From a virus (Duplodnaviria > Caudoviricetes), in the IMG/VR virus record IMGVR_UViG_3300037424_000947, positions 1 through 45,267 of that record: DNA of 45,267 nucleotides; one strand, written 5' to 3'. Positions 43,839-45,267 of the stretch are shown here, one piece after another (within the stretch, counting starts at the first letter, position 1; each line of letters starts with the position of its first letter). The position numbers were made by a program, and so were the translations under genes. The notes under the pieces are model-generated. The model saw nothing but the letters and a program-made list of their open reading frames with translations, was not told the DNA's origin and did no database searches.

Positions 43839-43905
43839 TTACCGAATTGGTAAATGGCCGAAACGGTAATATGCGGCTTGACGCGACTGACCGAAACGGT
43901 AATAT
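43839..43905. promoter_or_regulatory. OR-like region: three operators and rightward promoter
   Basis: TTACCGAATTGGTAA (43839), TGGCCGAAACGGTAA (43855), TGACCGAAACGGTAA (43888); TTGACG(43878)-16 bp-TAATAT. Confidence 0.8.
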
Positions 43906-43914
43906 GTGGGCCCT

Positions 43915-44178
43915 ATGGATTCTCCCAACTTCAAAGACTTCTTTTTGGGCCTTGGTGTAGTGGAACGCCAAGCGTTTGCCTCGCGTGCGGGCACCACCGT
44001 GGGGTATGTGCAAACGCATTTGATTTATGCACGGAAAGTTCCCCGCCGGCCTCTCCTCGATGCGTTAGTTATCGCCTGCGCTGCTCAAGGGGGGCCATCT
44101 CGTCAGCAGCTTTTGGCATTTTTCTATGATCAGGGCAGCCAAAACCTGCCTATTGATGCAAACGGTCATACCGCTTAA
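43915..44178 (+). CDS. Cro-like regulator
   Basis: ERQAFASRAGTTVGYV.......RK.P HTH, divergent from the repressor. Confidence 0.75.
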   Translation: MDSPNFKDFFLGLGVVERQAFASRAGTTVGYVQTHLIYARKVPRRPLLDALVIACAAQGGPSRQQLLAFFYDQGSQNLPIDANGHTA

Positions 44179-44205
44179 CGCCGGAACACACCAACGGAGA
44201 TCAAC

Positions 44206-44481
44206 ATGGCAAAACGCAGCACGAATAAGCGCGGGTACAGTCAGCTGCGCAAGTGGCTGGCGAAGCTGCAAATCCGCGCCCGGTTGGCTCGACCGCTACG
44301 CGACAGCAATATCCGGCTCTCGCTCTGCCTGCGGGATGGCACTGTCGAGATATTCTCGTGCGAGACCAACACGGCCGTGTTGCTACCAGAGCAAGACATC
44401 GATTTGCTCATAGCAAACCTGAAGAGCTTTCATCAAGACCGGTCAATACGCGAAACAGTTTCCCTTGATCCGTTTTCTTGA
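44206..44481 (+). CDS. Hypothetical protein
   Basis: 91 aa, GGAG RBS. Confidence 0.5.
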   Translation: MAKRSTNKRGYSQLRKWLAKLQIRARLARPLRDSNIRLSLCLRDGTVEIFSCETNTAVLLPEQDIDLLIANLKSFHQDRSIRETVSLDPFS

Positions 44482-44627
44482 ACGTGTGCGAACGAAAAAA
44501 TGCCATTGCGGCTGTCGCGGCATTCAGCGCATGGCCATATTTTTTTTGCTCAATGGATGAGTTCGTCATGACGCCACGATAACCAACCCGGCGCTACGCC
44601 AAAACCACAACAACAAAAGGAGGGAAT

Positions 44628-45077
44628 GTGGCAATGAAAAAATCGTACCTGGGCATGATCAGGGCATACCCGGGCGGATGGGATGCAATGGCGGCGGCGC
44701 TGGGCATGAGCCGCATGGCGCTAGAGAACCGCATCTACGAACGCAAGGGGCAATCGGTATTGGTGGAGACGGCCCTGCAGATGCAGGCGTTCTCGCAGAC
44801 TACCCTATTCGCTGAGGCAGTGGCCCATCAGGCTGGGGGTTTATTCATTACGGTGCCTGCCCCCGCTGATGACCTCGACCGCGATGATCTGCTAATCAAG
44901 TTCAATGAGCTGCACGCCGAGCTGGGCGATCTTTCCCGCACGTTCAATGAGGCGGTGAAGGATGGCGAGATCGACGCCGGCGAGCGCGAGGACCTGGTTG
45001 CCATCAAGCGCCGCATCCAGGCTAAGACCGCCGAGCTGCTCGCGCTCTCGTTCCAGGTCTACTGTCGCGACGAGTAG
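44628..45077 (+). CDS. YmfL/CII-like phage regulatory protein
   Basis: MIRAYPGGWDAMAAALGMS..ALENRIYERKGQ and DGEIDAGE motifs; AGGAGG RBS. Confidence 0.8.
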   Translation: MAMKKSYLGMIRAYPGGWDAMAAALGMSRMALENRIYERKGQSVLVETALQMQAFSQTTLFAEAVAHQAGGLFITVPAPADDLDRDDLLIKFNELHAELGDLSRTFNEAVKDGEIDAGEREDLVAIKRRIQAKTAELLALSFQVYCRDE

Positions 45078-45228
45078 CAGCGACCAGACATGAGCGCGCC
45101 CGCAGGCCTCACCTCAACACCCGCGCGCCCCGCCTCCCCTGGTGGCAATCATTCGCGCGTGGCTTCCGTTTTGCATTTCACTCTGCACGCGCGCGCCTGC
45201 CACCCCTCAACAGGGGCACCGGTGTCGC

Positions 45229-45267
45229 GGGTCCTCCCCCACCGCAGAACTTTGCGGGTCACAAGGG
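45229..45267. other. cosQ-like GGGTCCT (45229-45235) and right copy of the terminal 11-mer (45257-45267)
   Basis: The lambda cosQ heptamer lies 21 nt before the repeated 11-mer. Confidence 0.7.

Overview
The window looks like one complete, GC-rich temperate siphophage genome of a proteobacterial host, with lambda-like head packaging and a non-contractile tail. It opens and closes on the same 11-mer, GGTCACAAGGG, which sits in a lambda-cos-like context. Plus strand: primase-helicase and an iteron origin (66-2743), terminase, a Mor-type activator, portal, a ClpP-capsid fusion, tail genes with a -1 frameshift chaperone, a large tail tip protein and a lysis cassette. Minus strand: a large serine integrase, about 25 small early genes including a ParB-like protein, low-GC cargo and a repressor facing a Cro-like gene. 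Most notable: (1) two accessory loci with the anti-CRISPR/Aca layout of a strong sigma70 promoter with a palindromic operator, small orphan ORFs and a terminal HTH gene (7961-9244 and 28888-30552); (2) inside the second locus, two diverged type I-G (I-U)-like CRISPR repeats around a hairpin-forming 37-nt spacer with no cas genes (29512-29622), a candidate RNA anti-CRISPR or mini-array; (3) a covarying 5' leader RNA motif shared by all three accessory promoters; (4) five dispersed GTTTC-N4-GAAAC parS/NBS-like sites with an orphan ParB; (5) a cos site far from the terminase genes and a tRNA-like att core inside the integrase gene. All family assignments come from motif recognition by eye, not from database searches.
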